DNA of 61,289 nucleotides from an uncultured Dehalococcoidia bacterium (GCA_950072105.1 CATMOE010000014.1:1-61289); one strand, 5' to 3'. Shown: positions 40,088-50,728, numbered from the stretch's first letter. Program-made: numbers and translations. Notes: generated from the sequence alone by a model not told the origin.

Positions 40088-41428
40088 TTACCAGGAGACC
40101 GGATTCCAACCGGCGAAAAGCACCCTTTCTTTGCCGTTGAGCGTTACCGTCCGGCCCTCTTTCACGCTCACCCAATAGAATTTACCCGTCGTTAGACGCG
40201 TCACCGTATTGGCAAGGGCAAATATGGGCCTAGGGTCGTATAGAGCCCAGCCAAAACTGGGCGGAGTATCTTGGGCAGAGGGGTCGAAGTGCCACACCCG
40301 TACCAACTTTTCGTCGTCGATCAAGGGCGCAAGGCCGATCGCCGGCGTGATGGAGGGCGCCGGAGTGGGTGTAGGCGCAAATGTTGGCGTGGGCGGCACA
40401 TCAGGTTGGAGAACGTTAAAGCTTGAGAATGACTTGACGCCACCGACGGTTGAGGACACTACCTTGACCCCAGCCGGTAGCACGGGCACGACTCCGGTGA
40501 TGGTGAAACCTCCATCGGCGTCGGTGGTCTCGGATGACCGCAAGATCGTCAGAACTCCGATGGTCACGTCGGTAATAGTGCGAAAGGCACGAAAGTTGGT
40601 CCCGGTCACCGTGACGGTGGTGCCGCTTGGGCCCGCCGAAGGGGCCACGCTGGTGCTGGCAGCCGGGACGGAATGGTCTTTTTCCGCCGTTGTTGTGGTC
40701 CCCACAATCGTCGCGGTGATGGTGTTTGTGGAAGGAATCAGAGCCGAAGTTGGGACGATGATGGTGACTTCGAACTCGCCGTCCGTGTCGGGAGTCACGG
40801 AGGTCAGGTTGTTGGACCCGTAGGTGAGATTCACCCGGAAGCTATTAGGTGAGAGGACGTTGGTCGCCGGAAACCCAACTCCGTTTATCTTCACATTGGT
40901 GCCTATGCGGCTTTCGTCGTCGTCCAAGGAAATTTTCGGTTTCGTCAAGGACACGCTGGCCGATGCAGAAGCGCCCCCGGTGTCTGTAGCCTTAAATACT
41001 AGGTTAGACGCCCCAAGGGTGGAGGAATTGCCTTCGATAATTATCTCAGCTACCCAACTGCCACCGTCGTCCAGGTCGATGGGATAGGTTATGTAGGGCG
41101 ACTGTATGACAGTTCCGCCCATGGTTATCGTGCTGGACCCAGTCCCGGTGATCTGGTGCCTACCACCACTCCCCGTCCCCCCAGCGACGGACTTGGCGCT
41201 GAAGCCACCGCCGATCAGGACGACCGCTTGGTTGACTACGGCGGTCTTAGGAGTTGCTTCTATTTTGGGGGTCGCGGCGGCGGGTGGCCGGGAAACGTGC
41301 GAAGCGCCAACATGACCGCCAGGCTCCAACGCTGCCTGGATGACGGCCGGGCCCGAAATTAAACCGGCGATCAGCGTCGCTATCAATGCGGCAATCATCG
41401 GGCGAGCAAGTTTAGGCCGAAATCTCAA
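40088..41428 (-). CDS. Secreted surface protein with Ig/IPT-like repeats (S-layer-like)
   Basis: Signal peptide, Thr/Ser/Gly-rich beta repeats (VTVTGTNF), PT linker, C-terminal LVRVWHFD..YW..GWNPVSW domain. Confidence 0.7.
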   Translation of the reverse strand: MRFRPKLARPMIAALIATLIAGLISGPAVIQAALEPGGHVGASHVSRPPAAATPKIEATPKTAVVNQAVVLIGGGFSAKSVAGGTGSGGRHQITGTGSSTITMGGTVIQSPYITYPIDLDDGGSWVAEIIIEGNSSTLGASNLVFKATDTGGASASASVSLTKPKISLDDDESRIGTNVKINGVGFPATNVLSPNSFRVNLTYGSNNLTSVTPDTDGEFEVTIIVPTSALIPSTNTITATIVGTTTTAEKDHSVPAASTSVAPSAGPSGTTVTVTGTNFRAFRTITDVTIGVLTILRSSETTDADGGFTITGVVPVLPAGVKVVSSTVGGVKSFSSFNVLQPDVPPTPTFAPTPTPAPSITPAIGLAPLIDDEKLVRVWHFDPSAQDTPPSFGWALYDPRPIFALANTVTRLTTGKFYWVSVKEGRTVTLNGKERVLFAGWNPVSW

Positions 41429-41804
41429 TTGGCCCTCCCTGTCCTCATGTCTACAGATATTGTAGCAGGTATGGTCACACACTAGCCTGATACAACCGCC
41501 GGGAACGGCAATTTTTCGGGAAGTTAGAACCCGGCAAGCAACCCAATGCTGCCAAGTGGTCATAACCAGTGGCTTAAAATCCTTGAACAATCGCTAAACA
41601 ATATTTTATATTTCTACCAATTGTTCCCGTTGACTATCCTACAAAGCGGATTTTGGCTTGCCGGCCCAGGCTGAATTATGAACGGCTGGATAAGCCAAAC
41701 CGGCCGACGTGGAAGATCTGACGACATAAATATATTCCGTGACGCCGGGCCGGACCGTATGGAATCGTAATAAACACGGGAGCCCGGAATGATACCGGGG
41801 GGTT

Positions 41805-44800
41805 GTGACGATGTTGAAGGCGAGGTGCCCTGGTAGGCTTGAGTTGCTGGGCTGGTCGTTCCTATTGCTGCTGATTCTGGCTGGCTGTGGACTTCCATTC
41901 CGGTCCGATGAAAACCCTGACGATACGACTCAAGGGGAAGAATCGACCACTCCTTCCTCCGAGGTCGATGGTGACAAGTCAACGGACGCCAGCGGTCCCA
42001 CTCCTACCCCAGCCCTAGAGCAGAAGCCCGACCCAACTCCCACGCCCCAAGTGCTGCCCACCGCCACTGTGGTTTCCACGCCGGAGGTTGGATCACGCCC
42101 ATCTCAGTCACCGGCTTCCGGTAGCCAGTCCGGCCCCGGTCTACAGGCGGCTCTGACAGCTAGTGTCACCGCCGGCCAAGCTCCTTTGAGCGTCCAGTTC
42201 ACTAATCAGTCGTTGAATGCCGACAACTTTCGATGGGACTTCGGAGACGGAGAGTCTGCCGCAACCAACCTGATCGGCGAAACCGTATCCCATCAATACG
42301 TTAAGTCTGGAACGTACGAAGTAGCCCTGGCGATAGCCAAGACGGGAGATGATACCACTATCGCGCTGGCCACCACCACGATAGTGGTCGAGCCCGGCCT
42401 GTTGCATCGAATCGTTTTAGAGCCATCCAACCCGAACGTGATCGCGGCGGGATCGGAACAGTTCACGGTCACAGCCTTTGACCGGTTCGGAAATGTGATT
42501 TCCGGATTAGCCAGCGAACTTTCCGCCGGAGATTCGGCGGGACAGATCAATGCGGGCGGAATATTCACGGCCGGCACCAAAGCCGGACAATATGAAGCGG
42601 TGATAAAAGCCGTCGTCACTCAGGGACCAGCCACAAAGACCGCCACGGCCGACGTTACAATCGAACCCGGAGTATTAACTGAGGTCCGGCTAAAGCCGGA
42701 TACGGTCGAGTTGAACATCGGTGAAAGCCAGGAGTTCACCGCCACGGCGGTGGACATCTACGGCAATCCCCTCCCCAACGCCCGATTAACTTGGCGCATC
42801 GACCACCGTATCGGAACAATCAGCGCCAGCGGCCTGGTGACCGCAGGCAACGTCGCCGGCTTCTACGAAGACGGGGTGACAGCCGCCATTCTTTCCGTAG
42901 AGGCTACCGCGTCCATCACCGTGAATCCTGAGCCTCCAGCCAAGGTGACTATTCCCGCCGTATTGGTGGCCGCCGGAGAGCCGGTCACGCTGGAAGCCCT
43001 CGTTGTAGACCAATACGGAAACGTAGCCCCTACCTCGGGTATCATCTGGTCGGTGGAAGATCCCAAAGTAGGCTCCATCTCTTCCGCCAACACCCTGACT
43101 GCCGGGGAATTGGCGCGCATTTATCCAAGCGCCATCCAGGTTGTCGTCCGCCCAGGCGGGCTGACTGCCACAGTCGCGGTAACCATTGTTCCAGGACCTT
43201 TGGACCGGGTGGTGGTTGCTCCCGATGCGGTAGCTATCGGCATGGGTATGAACCAGCAGTACGTAGCGGCAGGGGTTGACCGGTTTGGCAACCGTATCTC
43301 CGGATTGGATATAACCTGGACGCTGAACCAGGACATTGGGACCATCGACATCGACGGATTGTTTTCCTCAGGGGACACCCCCGTCAACCAAGTAAACGCG
43401 GTCAAAGCGATGGCCATACAGAACAACCTCATCCGGTCCGGGGAGGCCGCTTTAACGATAGAGCCGGACCATGTCGCGTTCATCTCGGACCGCAACGACG
43501 GCCAGCTTGACGTTTACGTAATGAACATAGACGGCACCGCCGTGCGCCGGATCACCACTGGAGCGGCCCCGGTGGTGTTCTCCTGGTCACCGGACGGAAG
43601 GCGTATAGTTTCCGACTTCGATTTTTTCGATAGCCGCTACATCGTCTCCACCAACGACGACGGGATCTGGGACGTCTTGCTTACCGATTCGGGAGTGGAC
43701 TCGGACCCAGACTGGTCACCCAACGGCAACCGGGTCGCCTATGCGTCCAACGTCGCCGGGAATGGCGAGATATACGTGATGGACGTTGACGGCGGTAACC
43801 CGGTAAGAATTACCGACCACCCGGCAGAGGACCAAAACCCCGCCTGGTCGCCCGACGGAGAGAGCCTCCTATTCGCGTCGGACAGAGACGGTAATCTTGA
43901 TATCTACATGGTGAGGATATCCAGTGGAGAGATGACCAGGCTAACCAGCCGGCCCGGCCCGGATAGCCACCCTCGTTGGTCTCCCGATGGCGCCGAGATA
44001 TTGTTCATTTCCGGTCAGGATGGGGACAGCGAGATATATCTGATGAAATCCAACGGCACCGATGTTCGAAAGCTAACGTCCAACCGGGTTGAGGATACAT
44101 CTCCGTCATGGTCGCCGGATGGCCGCCGCATAATTTTCGCTTCCGGGGGCAAGCATAAAGATTGGGAGATATATACAATGTCGCGGGTCGGGGACCAGAT
44201 CAACCAATTGACCGACAACGATAGCCTAGACTTGGCTCCCCGGTGGGCGCCCAGAAAGCGAGGAGTGGAGGTGAATCAGGCATCGGTGTTCATTCCTGAG
44301 ACGAGCTCCCGCGCACCGCTGACGCAAGAGGACACCATCGGCCAGGCCAGCGCGGCGATCGTGCGAATCGAGGCCGGAGATTCCACTGCCTCCGGGTTTA
44401 TCATCGACCCTAACGGGTTGATCCTCACCAACAATCACGCAACCCGCGATTCTGAAGTAGTTTCCGTGTCGCTCAGAGACGGCAGCACCCATGCCGGTCA
44501 GGTTGTGGGCCGAGACCTGCTTCGGAATATAGCGCTGATCAGAATTGAAGCCAGAGGCCTTTCCTGGTTGGAGCTGGCTGATGTCGGGCAGGTCGAAGCC
44601 GGGTCGGAAGTATTCGCCTTGGGTTACACCACGTCCCCCAACGAGATCAAGTTGGTTTCAGGGGTGGTTTCAGACCTGAAGATCGACGCGGGCCGCAACA
44701 TCCGTTGGCTGCAGATCAACGTCCCGCTAGGCTGGGAGTACAGCGGAGGCCCGGTGCTGAATCTCTACGGAGAAGTGGCCGGTATCGTGGATGCTAAGAC

Positions 44801-44900
44801 CGTGAGCGGTGGCATCCAGAGCGCCGGGCTGGCGATAGCCGCGAATACGGTGAATGTATATCTGGAACGTCTTAAAGCTGGAGAGATAATCTCCGATTAA
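41805..44900 (+). CDS. Multidomain lipoprotein: PKD, Ig-like repeats, TolB-like (PD40) propeller, trypsin-like domain
   Basis: LAGC lipobox, WDFGDG, repeated D.FGN, repeated WSPDG, TNNH..SGGP. Confidence 0.85.
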   Translation: MTMLKARCPGRLELLGWSFLLLLILAGCGLPFRSDENPDDTTQGEESTTPSSEVDGDKSTDASGPTPTPALEQKPDPTPTPQVLPTATVVSTPEVGSRPSQSPASGSQSGPGLQAALTASVTAGQAPLSVQFTNQSLNADNFRWDFGDGESAATNLIGETVSHQYVKSGTYEVALAIAKTGDDTTIALATTTIVVEPGLLHRIVLEPSNPNVIAAGSEQFTVTAFDRFGNVISGLASELSAGDSAGQINAGGIFTAGTKAGQYEAVIKAVVTQGPATKTATADVTIEPGVLTEVRLKPDTVELNIGESQEFTATAVDIYGNPLPNARLTWRIDHRIGTISASGLVTAGNVAGFYEDGVTAAILSVEATASITVNPEPPAKVTIPAVLVAAGEPVTLEALVVDQYGNVAPTSGIIWSVEDPKVGSISSANTLTAGELARIYPSAIQVVVRPGGLTATVAVTIVPGPLDRVVVAPDAVAIGMGMNQQYVAAGVDRFGNRISGLDITWTLNQDIGTIDIDGLFSSGDTPVNQVNAVKAMAIQNNLIRSGEAALTIEPDHVAFISDRNDGQLDVYVMNIDGTAVRRITTGAAPVVFSWSPDGRRIVSDFDFFDSRYIVSTNDDGIWDVLLTDSGVDSDPDWSPNGNRVAYASNVAGNGEIYVMDVDGGNPVRITDHPAEDQNPAWSPDGESLLFASDRDGNLDIYMVRISSGEMTRLTSRPGPDSHPRWSPDGAEILFISGQDGDSEIYLMKSNGTDVRKLTSNRVEDTSPSWSPDGRRIIFASGGKHKDWEIYTMSRVGDQINQLTDNDSLDLAPRWAPRKRGVEVNQASVFIPETSSRAPLTQEDTIGQASAAIVRIEAGDSTASGFIIDPNGLILTNNHATRDSEVVSVSLRDGSTHAGQVVGRDLLRNIALIRIEARGLSWLELADVGQVEAGSEVFALGYTTSPNEIKLVSGVVSDLKIDAGRNIRWLQINVPLGWEYSGGPVLNLYGEVAGIVDAKTVSGGIQSAGLAIAANTVNVYLERLKAGEIISD

Positions 44901-44958
44901 GGACATTCTCACAGGGACCCAAGCGCCGATACTCCATGGTATTGGCGCAGGCGGCGAA

Positions 44959-45065
44959 CCCCTACTCTAACTCTCCGAAGTATAAGAGGGGAGGAAAAAT
45001 CCCTTCCCTGTCGACGGGGAAAGGTTAGAGCCTGCCCTCAGCTGCGCTCAGGGCAGTGTGGGTGA
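44959..45065. repeat. Composite REP-like palindromic element
   Basis: Resembles the 56885-56964 element (CCCTTCCC..GGGGAAAGGTTAG) with a nested CTGCCCT..AGGGCAG palindrome. Confidence 0.5.
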
Positions 45066-45109
45066 CTCGCATCTATCTTGTTGAACATCAGAGCCTGCTC
45101 AATTCATGC

Positions 45110-45132
45110 CCTGGCTTCCGGTGGAAGCCAGG
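45110..45132. terminator. Hairpin downstream of the CMD gene
   Basis: CCTGGCTTCC-ggt-GGAAGCCAGG. Confidence 0.5.
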
Positions 45133-45134
45133 CC

Positions 45135-45683
45135 TTACAGCGTAGACACCCTTCCCGGACCCATCTCCAATTGCAGAGCGATTTGGGCCAGGCCTAACGC
45201 GCTGTAATAAGAAACCGTCAGCGTCAGGTCAACAACCCCCCGCTGTCCAACCAGTTTCTCCGCATCGGCATAAGTCCCATCCGACACCTGCTTGTCCTGT
45301 ATCATCTCGTGAACGAACCGGGAAATCACCCCTTCGTCCCCACTCAATCCTTCGGCAGTACGCCGAGTACGGATCGCCTCTATGGAGGCATCGCTGACCC
45401 CGGCCTTGGCGGCCAAGATGGAATGGCCGGTCCATTCAATATCGCTGTTCCACTCCCGGGCCACCAGTATGATCGCCAATTCCTTCAGGTTCTCCGGCAT
45501 GGAACTCTGGAAGCGTAGCGAGGCGCCCAAGGAGGTCAGGTGCCCGGCGGCCTGGGGGCTGTTCAGCAATGCCCTGAACTGCAGGCCAACTTCCTCCGTG
45601 TTCCGGTCTTGGCGAATCTTGTCATAGATCTGCTGCCCCTCGGCGTCCAATTCTTCTCGAGATACATAAGGCACGCGGACCAT
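45135..45683 (-). CDS. Carboxymuconolactone decarboxylase (CMD/AhpD-like) family protein
   Basis: LLNSP, ELAIILVAR, EW..H...A..AG motifs. Confidence 0.8.
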   Translation of the reverse strand: MVRVPYVSREELDAEGQQIYDKIRQDRNTEEVGLQFRALLNSPQAAGHLTSLGASLRFQSSMPENLKELAIILVAREWNSDIEWTGHSILAAKAGVSDASIEAIRTRRTAEGLSGDEGVISRFVHEMIQDKQVSDGTYADAEKLVGQRGVVDLTLTVSYYSALGLAQIALQLEMGPGRVSTL

Positions 45684-45708
45684 ATTAAATCACCTCAGTA
45701 TTACTTTT

Positions 45709-46497
45709 CTACGGGTTGATGATTCGCCGCTGGCGTCCGACGATAAAAGTCTCACGGCGCTCCACGTAGTCGGATACCGCGTCGATTAGAGCCTCGGGCC
45801 TCTCCGCCACGATCACGTGTCCCGCGTCGTACACGATGGAAACGTTGCTGTTGGCGATTTTCTCCCGGTATATGGCCGCCGCCGCTGACTCCACGGTCTT
45901 GTCCGCCAAACCGAAGACGATGAGAGTGGCGCACCGAATGTCCCCAAGCTTGCCTTCAACCTCAGTATCGTGGATTGCCCCGCCCAGCCGGAGCGCAAGA
46001 GCCTGCTCCTTGGCGATAATATCCGGATCTCCCAAAGGCAATTCTGGTACGTTTTCCGGGTGGGTGAACAGCCGCGCCTTTGATTCCTCCGGAGTTCCAG
46101 AGAATGAGCCAGACACGGGCTTGATCGCCGTGGGCGAGATCAGCACCAGGGCTTCTATGGGATCAGGCGTCAACAGGGCCTGCCATAGAGCGACGTTGGC
46201 GGCGAAGGACGTGCCGATGAGGGTGAAATTGCCGGGCGCCACCGCCGCGGCGGCTTGAGCCATGATGTTGGCCAGGTCCTTTACCGATTCGGAGGTGGCA
46301 TTTGGCGATGATAGGCCCATCCCCGGCACTTCAAAGACAATCACTCGATACGATTGGGCCAGTGCGTCGTTCAGCGGAGACCAGCCCCACACCGAACTGT
46401 CCAGCATCACAACGGTCTCGCCCTGTCCGGCCTGCCGGTAGCGGATCCGGAAGCCGTCTACCTCAACATAAGCCTCTGTGAATTCCTGTTCCGACAT
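45709..46497 (-). CDS. Alpha/beta fold hydrolase
   Basis: PGMG, GTSFA elbow, G..D, AGH. Confidence 0.8.
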   Translation of the reverse strand: MSEQEFTEAYVEVDGFRIRYRQAGQGETVVMLDSSVWGWSPLNDALAQSYRVIVFEVPGMGLSSPNATSESVKDLANIMAQAAAAVAPGNFTLIGTSFAANVALWQALLTPDPIEALVLISPTAIKPVSGSFSGTPEESKARLFTHPENVPELPLGDPDIIAKEQALALRLGGAIHDTEVEGKLGDIRCATLIVFGLADKTVESAAAAIYREKIANSNVSIVYDAGHVIVAERPEALIDAVSDYVERRETFIVGRQRRIINP

Positions 46498-46534
46498 GAA
46501 TCGTCCTTGATCGATCTAGTACGCAGTGATTCCT

Positions 46535-46575
46535 CACCCCCGGCCCCTCTCCCGGCGGGAGAGGGGCCGGGGGTG
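46535..46575. repeat. REP-like perfect 19-bp hairpin
   Basis: CACCCCCGGCCCCTCTCCC-ggc-GGGAGAGGGGCCGGGGGTG. Confidence 0.75.
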
Positions 46576-46598
46576 GAATCGGTGGCGGGGTGAGGGGA

Positions 46599-47705
46599 TT
46601 AAAACTCTTTGATCCGAGGCAGTACTTCCCTACCGAACAACTCAAGCTGCTTCATCACGCCCCGGTGGTCGACGCCGGGCTGCTGGAAGAATAGATCGAC
46701 GACTCCGGCGCCGCATTGGTCGTGAAACGCTTTAATCTGCTCGACAACGGTGTCAGGACCGCCCATGAAGCTCAGCGACCGCGCGGGCCCGGCCACATCC
46801 CCGGTAGCGCTGCCGGCGAGGACGCTACGCAAGTCGAATTCCTGACCGGCGCGGGCCGCCTGGACTGCTCCCGGCACGTTGCCTGCCATCGCGATACCAC
46901 CCCGGGCCGGAGCCGCGCTCCGCCTGCTTTCCAACCATTCGTCAGCCTGCCGATCGGTTTCCGCCAGATAGATACTCCCCCGGTAGACCACCTGGTCAGG
47001 CTCGGGTTCCCACCCGGCGTCCTGGCACCATTGGTAGTACTTGCCGGTGACCTTCGCCATCTGTTCCACTGGAATGAAAGAGATACCCAGTCCCAGCCGG
47101 TGGGCGGCGGCGTACTCGACGGTATCGTCGCTTCGGGTTGCCACGATGACTGGCGGCAACGGCTGCTGGACGGGACGCGGCCAGACCGACACGGTACGGA
47201 ATTGGTAATATCGCCCTTCCCAAGAAAAAGGCTGGGGCTCGGTCAGCGCTTTGATGACCAAGGCCATGCCCTCCAACAATCTGCCCCTGCCTTCCGCCGG
47301 GTTCACGCCGTAGGTTTGGTCCTCGTTGGGCGTACCCCTTAAGAAGCCGATGATCAGACGCCCGTTGGTCAGGTTATCCAGCATGCCCAACTCTTCGGCT
47401 ATTCGGATCGGGTTGTTAAGGGGCAACAACTGCCCCAAGATGGCGATCTTGGCTTTCTTGCATCGTTCGGCAACCGCCGCCGCCATTACCGCCGGATTTC
47501 CGGTGGCGATACGGCCGGAGTAGTGATGCTCGGATAAGCTGATCCACTCGAAGCCCATCTCTTCGGCGAACTCACACTCTTCCATCCCTTCCTGATAACT
47601 TCGCACCGAAGTTTCCGGGTCGTGATAAGCCGGGGGAATCGGCCAGCCGTCTGGGAATTCGTGGCGTTGAGAATATCCCATGGGGCCGAAATAGGACGCT
47701 TTCAT
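46599..47705 (-). CDS. LLM class flavin-dependent oxidoreductase (luciferase-like)
   Basis: AEEMGF..ISLSEHH, NPIRIAEE..MLD.LTNGRL, WPRPVQQP, ELFGREVLP. Confidence 0.9.
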   Translation of the reverse strand: MKASYFGPMGYSQRHEFPDGWPIPPAYHDPETSVRSYQEGMEECEFAEEMGFEWISLSEHHYSGRIATGNPAVMAAAVAERCKKAKIAILGQLLPLNNPIRIAEELGMLDNLTNGRLIIGFLRGTPNEDQTYGVNPAEGRGRLLEGMALVIKALTEPQPFSWEGRYYQFRTVSVWPRPVQQPLPPVIVATRSDDTVEYAAAHRLGLGISFIPVEQMAKVTGKYYQWCQDAGWEPEPDQVVYRGSIYLAETDRQADEWLESRRSAAPARGGIAMAGNVPGAVQAARAGQEFDLRSVLAGSATGDVAGPARSLSFMGGPDTVVEQIKAFHDQCGAGVVDLFFQQPGVDHRGVMKQLELFGREVLPRIKEF

Positions 47706-47849
47706 CGACTTACTCCTCGATATGGAGCCAGCATGCTCGCCCAGATGCGAGCCTAAAGATGCCGTGGACGGTGTTAGCCCAGCCTCGATACCTTCCGGTG
47801 TACGTGGGCCAATGGTACTTCCCATACAAGGCCTTGTCCACCGGGATGA

Positions 47850-47878
47850 TTGACAGGGGCCAAACGACTCTATTTAAT
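47850..47878 (+). promoter_or_regulatory. Sigma70-type promoter for the DUF1800 gene
   Basis: TTGACA-17 nt-TTTAAT. Confidence 0.5.
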
Positions 47879-47998
47879 GGTGACCTGAGTAACGAAATTA
47901 TGGCCATATGTTGGTCGTGCCTCGACCCACACGCATAGATCCACCAGCTTATCAACGCTGAAAAATATCATTCCCCATTCCCGTCCAAGGAGTGAACA

Positions 47999-49423
47999 AT
48001 GGCTGACCATGATATCGCGTTAATGGCTCATCTGCTTCGCCGCGCCGGTTTCGGGGCCAGCCGTGACGAAGTGGAAGCAAGGGTGGCCCAGGGATACGAC
48101 AACGTGGTGGAAGAACTATTGAACGTTGGGGATGACCCCGGCATCGACGAAGACCTGATGTACCGGGCGTACCCCTCATACTTCGACAAAGTTGCCGTAG
48201 AGACCGGTCAGACCGAGTGGGTCTACCGGATGATTAACAACCGGCACCAATTACAGGAGAAGATGTCCCTGTTTTGGCACACCATTTTCTGCTCCGGCGA
48301 CAACAAAGTAGACAACGCCCGCACCACCGCCATCCAGATCGACAAGTTCCGGGATCAAGGCATGGGAAACTTCCAGGACCTGATCCTGATGCTGTCCAAA
48401 GACCCGGCGATGCTCTATTACCTGGACAATATCGAAAGCCACAAGACAGCGGTAAACGAGAACTTTGGCCGGGAGCTGCTGGAGCTCTTTTCAATGGGGG
48501 TGGGCAAAGACGGGGAACTCAATTACACCGAGGACGACGTGAAGGCCTGCGCACGGGCTTTTACCGGCTGGAACCTGGCTCCCACCATCCCGGTCTTCCC
48601 TTACGGGAGGACTCCATTCGAATTCCGCTACGATCCGGCGGACCACGACCACGAGGATAAGACATTTCTCGGTGAAACCGGCCCCTGGAACGGCGAAGAC
48701 ATCATCGATATCATCTGTAAGCAGCCGGCTACTGCCCGGTTCATCGCCAGGAAGATGTACGACTTCTTCGTGGCCGACGAGCCTCCCGTGCCATCCTGGC
48801 GCCAGTCCCAGCCTAGAGACTTGGCAGCCATCAATACACTGGAGAAAGCCTACTTCGACTCGGGATACGAGATCAAAGCCATGCTGCAGGCCCTGTTTAC
48901 TTCCGATTTCTTCAAGTCGGAATCGGTGCATTACGCCAAGGTGAAGAGCCCGGCGGAGGTCGTTATCGGCACCCTCCGCATGGTAGGCCATCACACCTCG
49001 CCCCAGCCAGGACTATTCTTCGTGGCCATGGAACCCAAGTACATGGGCATGGACCTGCTGAACCCGCCCACGGTGGAGGGATGGCATACCGGCGCCGAGT
49101 GGATCAACAGCGGCACCCTCATCGACCGCATCAACTTTGCCGCCGGGCTTTTGGGCGACACCGGTCTGCCGGGCGTCAAGTCGATCGTTGGCCGGCTGAT
49201 GGACCGGTCCGATTCCATTCCTCCCGAAGAATTCGTCGATGGATGCCTGGACTTGACCGGGCCGCTGACGATCGCCGAGGAAACGCGAAGCGAATTGGTT
49301 GCCCACGTCCAGGCGGGCGGGGAGCTTCGCCATGGGACCGAATCAGAGCGGGAAAACTTTAGCCAACGCACCGGTGAGATGCTTCAATTCATCGCCACGA
49401 CATCGGAATTTCAGTTCGGTTAG
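47999..49423 (+). CDS. DUF1800 domain-containing protein
   Basis: HLLRRAGFG, EKM.LFWH, AMLYYLD, NENFGRELLELF.MG, ARAFTGW, PP.VEGW. Confidence 0.92.
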   Translation: MADHDIALMAHLLRRAGFGASRDEVEARVAQGYDNVVEELLNVGDDPGIDEDLMYRAYPSYFDKVAVETGQTEWVYRMINNRHQLQEKMSLFWHTIFCSGDNKVDNARTTAIQIDKFRDQGMGNFQDLILMLSKDPAMLYYLDNIESHKTAVNENFGRELLELFSMGVGKDGELNYTEDDVKACARAFTGWNLAPTIPVFPYGRTPFEFRYDPADHDHEDKTFLGETGPWNGEDIIDIICKQPATARFIARKMYDFFVADEPPVPSWRQSQPRDLAAINTLEKAYFDSGYEIKAMLQALFTSDFFKSESVHYAKVKSPAEVVIGTLRMVGHHTSPQPGLFFVAMEPKYMGMDLLNPPTVEGWHTGAEWINSGTLIDRINFAAGLLGDTGLPGVKSIVGRLMDRSDSIPPEEFVDGCLDLTGPLTIAEETRSELVAHVQAGGELRHGTESERENFSQRTGEMLQFIATTSEFQFG

Positions 49424-49462
49424 AGCCAAGTACCTAGGTTTACAAATTGCCGTTAAGATTTT

Positions 49463-49530
49463 CCGTTCGCCCTGAGCGTGTCGAAGGGTCCTTCAGCCTA
49501 AGGATGGTTCGACAAGCTCACCACGAACGG
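49463..49530. repeat. REP-like inverted repeat element
   Basis: CCGTTCGCCCTGAGCGTGTCGAA...TTCGACAAGCTCACCACGAACGG; partial copies at 57571 and 58686. Confidence 0.75.
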
Positions 49531-49591
49531 TATTGGTAACGCTAATTATCGCGCGGCGGTACCAGTTCGGTTAGATATATGGAGGGCAGTT

Positions 49592-50728
49592 ATGGTTGCC
49601 ACTAACAAAGACCCGGTCCTGGCGGTCTTTTCCCTTTCCGGGGGGAATGACTTCATGAACACGGTGATTCCATATACCAATCCCCTGTACCGGGATTACC
49701 GCCCTACTTTGGCCGTTGCTGAAGACCAAGTAATCCCAATCAACGACGAGTTGGCCTTCCACCCGGCCATGGCTTCGTTGAAGAAATACTGGGACGAAGG
49801 CAAGCTGGCCATCATACTAGGCGTCGGCTATCCTCATCCCAGCCTGTCCCACTTCCGGTCCATGGATATCTGGGCCACTTGCGAGCCCGATGAACTGGGC
49901 TTGATCGGATGGCTAGGCAGCGTGATTCAGGAAGTAGACCCCAAAGCAGAGAACGTCCTTACCGGCGTGAACTTTGGACGGGGACTTCCCCGTTCCATGG
50001 CAAAAGATGGGGTCCCGGTAGCTTCGGTGGGCGATCTCAGCAGTTACGGTCTGCTGACCGATATCGAGGAAACCGGCCAGCGGGACCAGGCTCTAGACCT
50101 TTTCGGACGCATGTACTCCCCGGTCCTAGGGCGAGGTGTCGTCAACGACTATATACGCCGCACCGGCCTGGAAGCGATGGCGGGCGCCGACATCTTGGGC
50201 ACGGCTCCCGGCAAGTACAGCTCCACGGTTGAGTACGGCAACAGCGACGTCGGTAGATACCTGAAAGACATGGTACAGGTCCATAACGCCGGTTTCGGCA
50301 CTCGGGTGCTGTTCACCACGGCCCCCTATAACATCTTCGACACCCACGCCAACCAGGCCGTGGGACACTCCAACCTACTGATGGACATCTCAACCAACAT
50401 CGACTGCTTCATGACCGATCTACGAGAACAAAATATCAGCGACAACGTGATGCTGTTCTTCTACTCCGAGTTCGGCCGGCGGGCCATGGACAACGGCTCG
50501 GGTACCGATCACGGCAGCGGAGGCGTAGCCTTCGCCCTGGGTGAGCACGTTAAGGGCGGCATCTACGGCGAATATCCCTCACTGGAACTGGGTAAGCTGG
50601 AAGACGGCGGCAATCTGCAGCACAACGTGGACTTCCGCTCCGCCTACTCCACCATCCTGGAGCGCTGGATGGGCATGGACGCCAAACCCATCGTTGGTGG
50701 AACCTACGAGCAACTGGACTTTCTGTAG
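49592..50728 (+). CDS. DUF1501 domain-containing protein
   Basis: GGND..N.VIP, SHFRS..IW, FDTH, SEFGRR..DN..GTDHG, VDFRS.Y. Confidence 0.92.
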   Translation: MVATNKDPVLAVFSLSGGNDFMNTVIPYTNPLYRDYRPTLAVAEDQVIPINDELAFHPAMASLKKYWDEGKLAIILGVGYPHPSLSHFRSMDIWATCEPDELGLIGWLGSVIQEVDPKAENVLTGVNFGRGLPRSMAKDGVPVASVGDLSSYGLLTDIEETGQRDQALDLFGRMYSPVLGRGVVNDYIRRTGLEAMAGADILGTAPGKYSSTVEYGNSDVGRYLKDMVQVHNAGFGTRVLFTTAPYNIFDTHANQAVGHSNLLMDISTNIDCFMTDLREQNISDNVMLFFYSEFGRRAMDNGSGTDHGSGGVAFALGEHVKGGIYGEYPSLELGKLEDGGNLQHNVDFRSAYSTILERWMGMDAKPIVGGTYEQLDFL

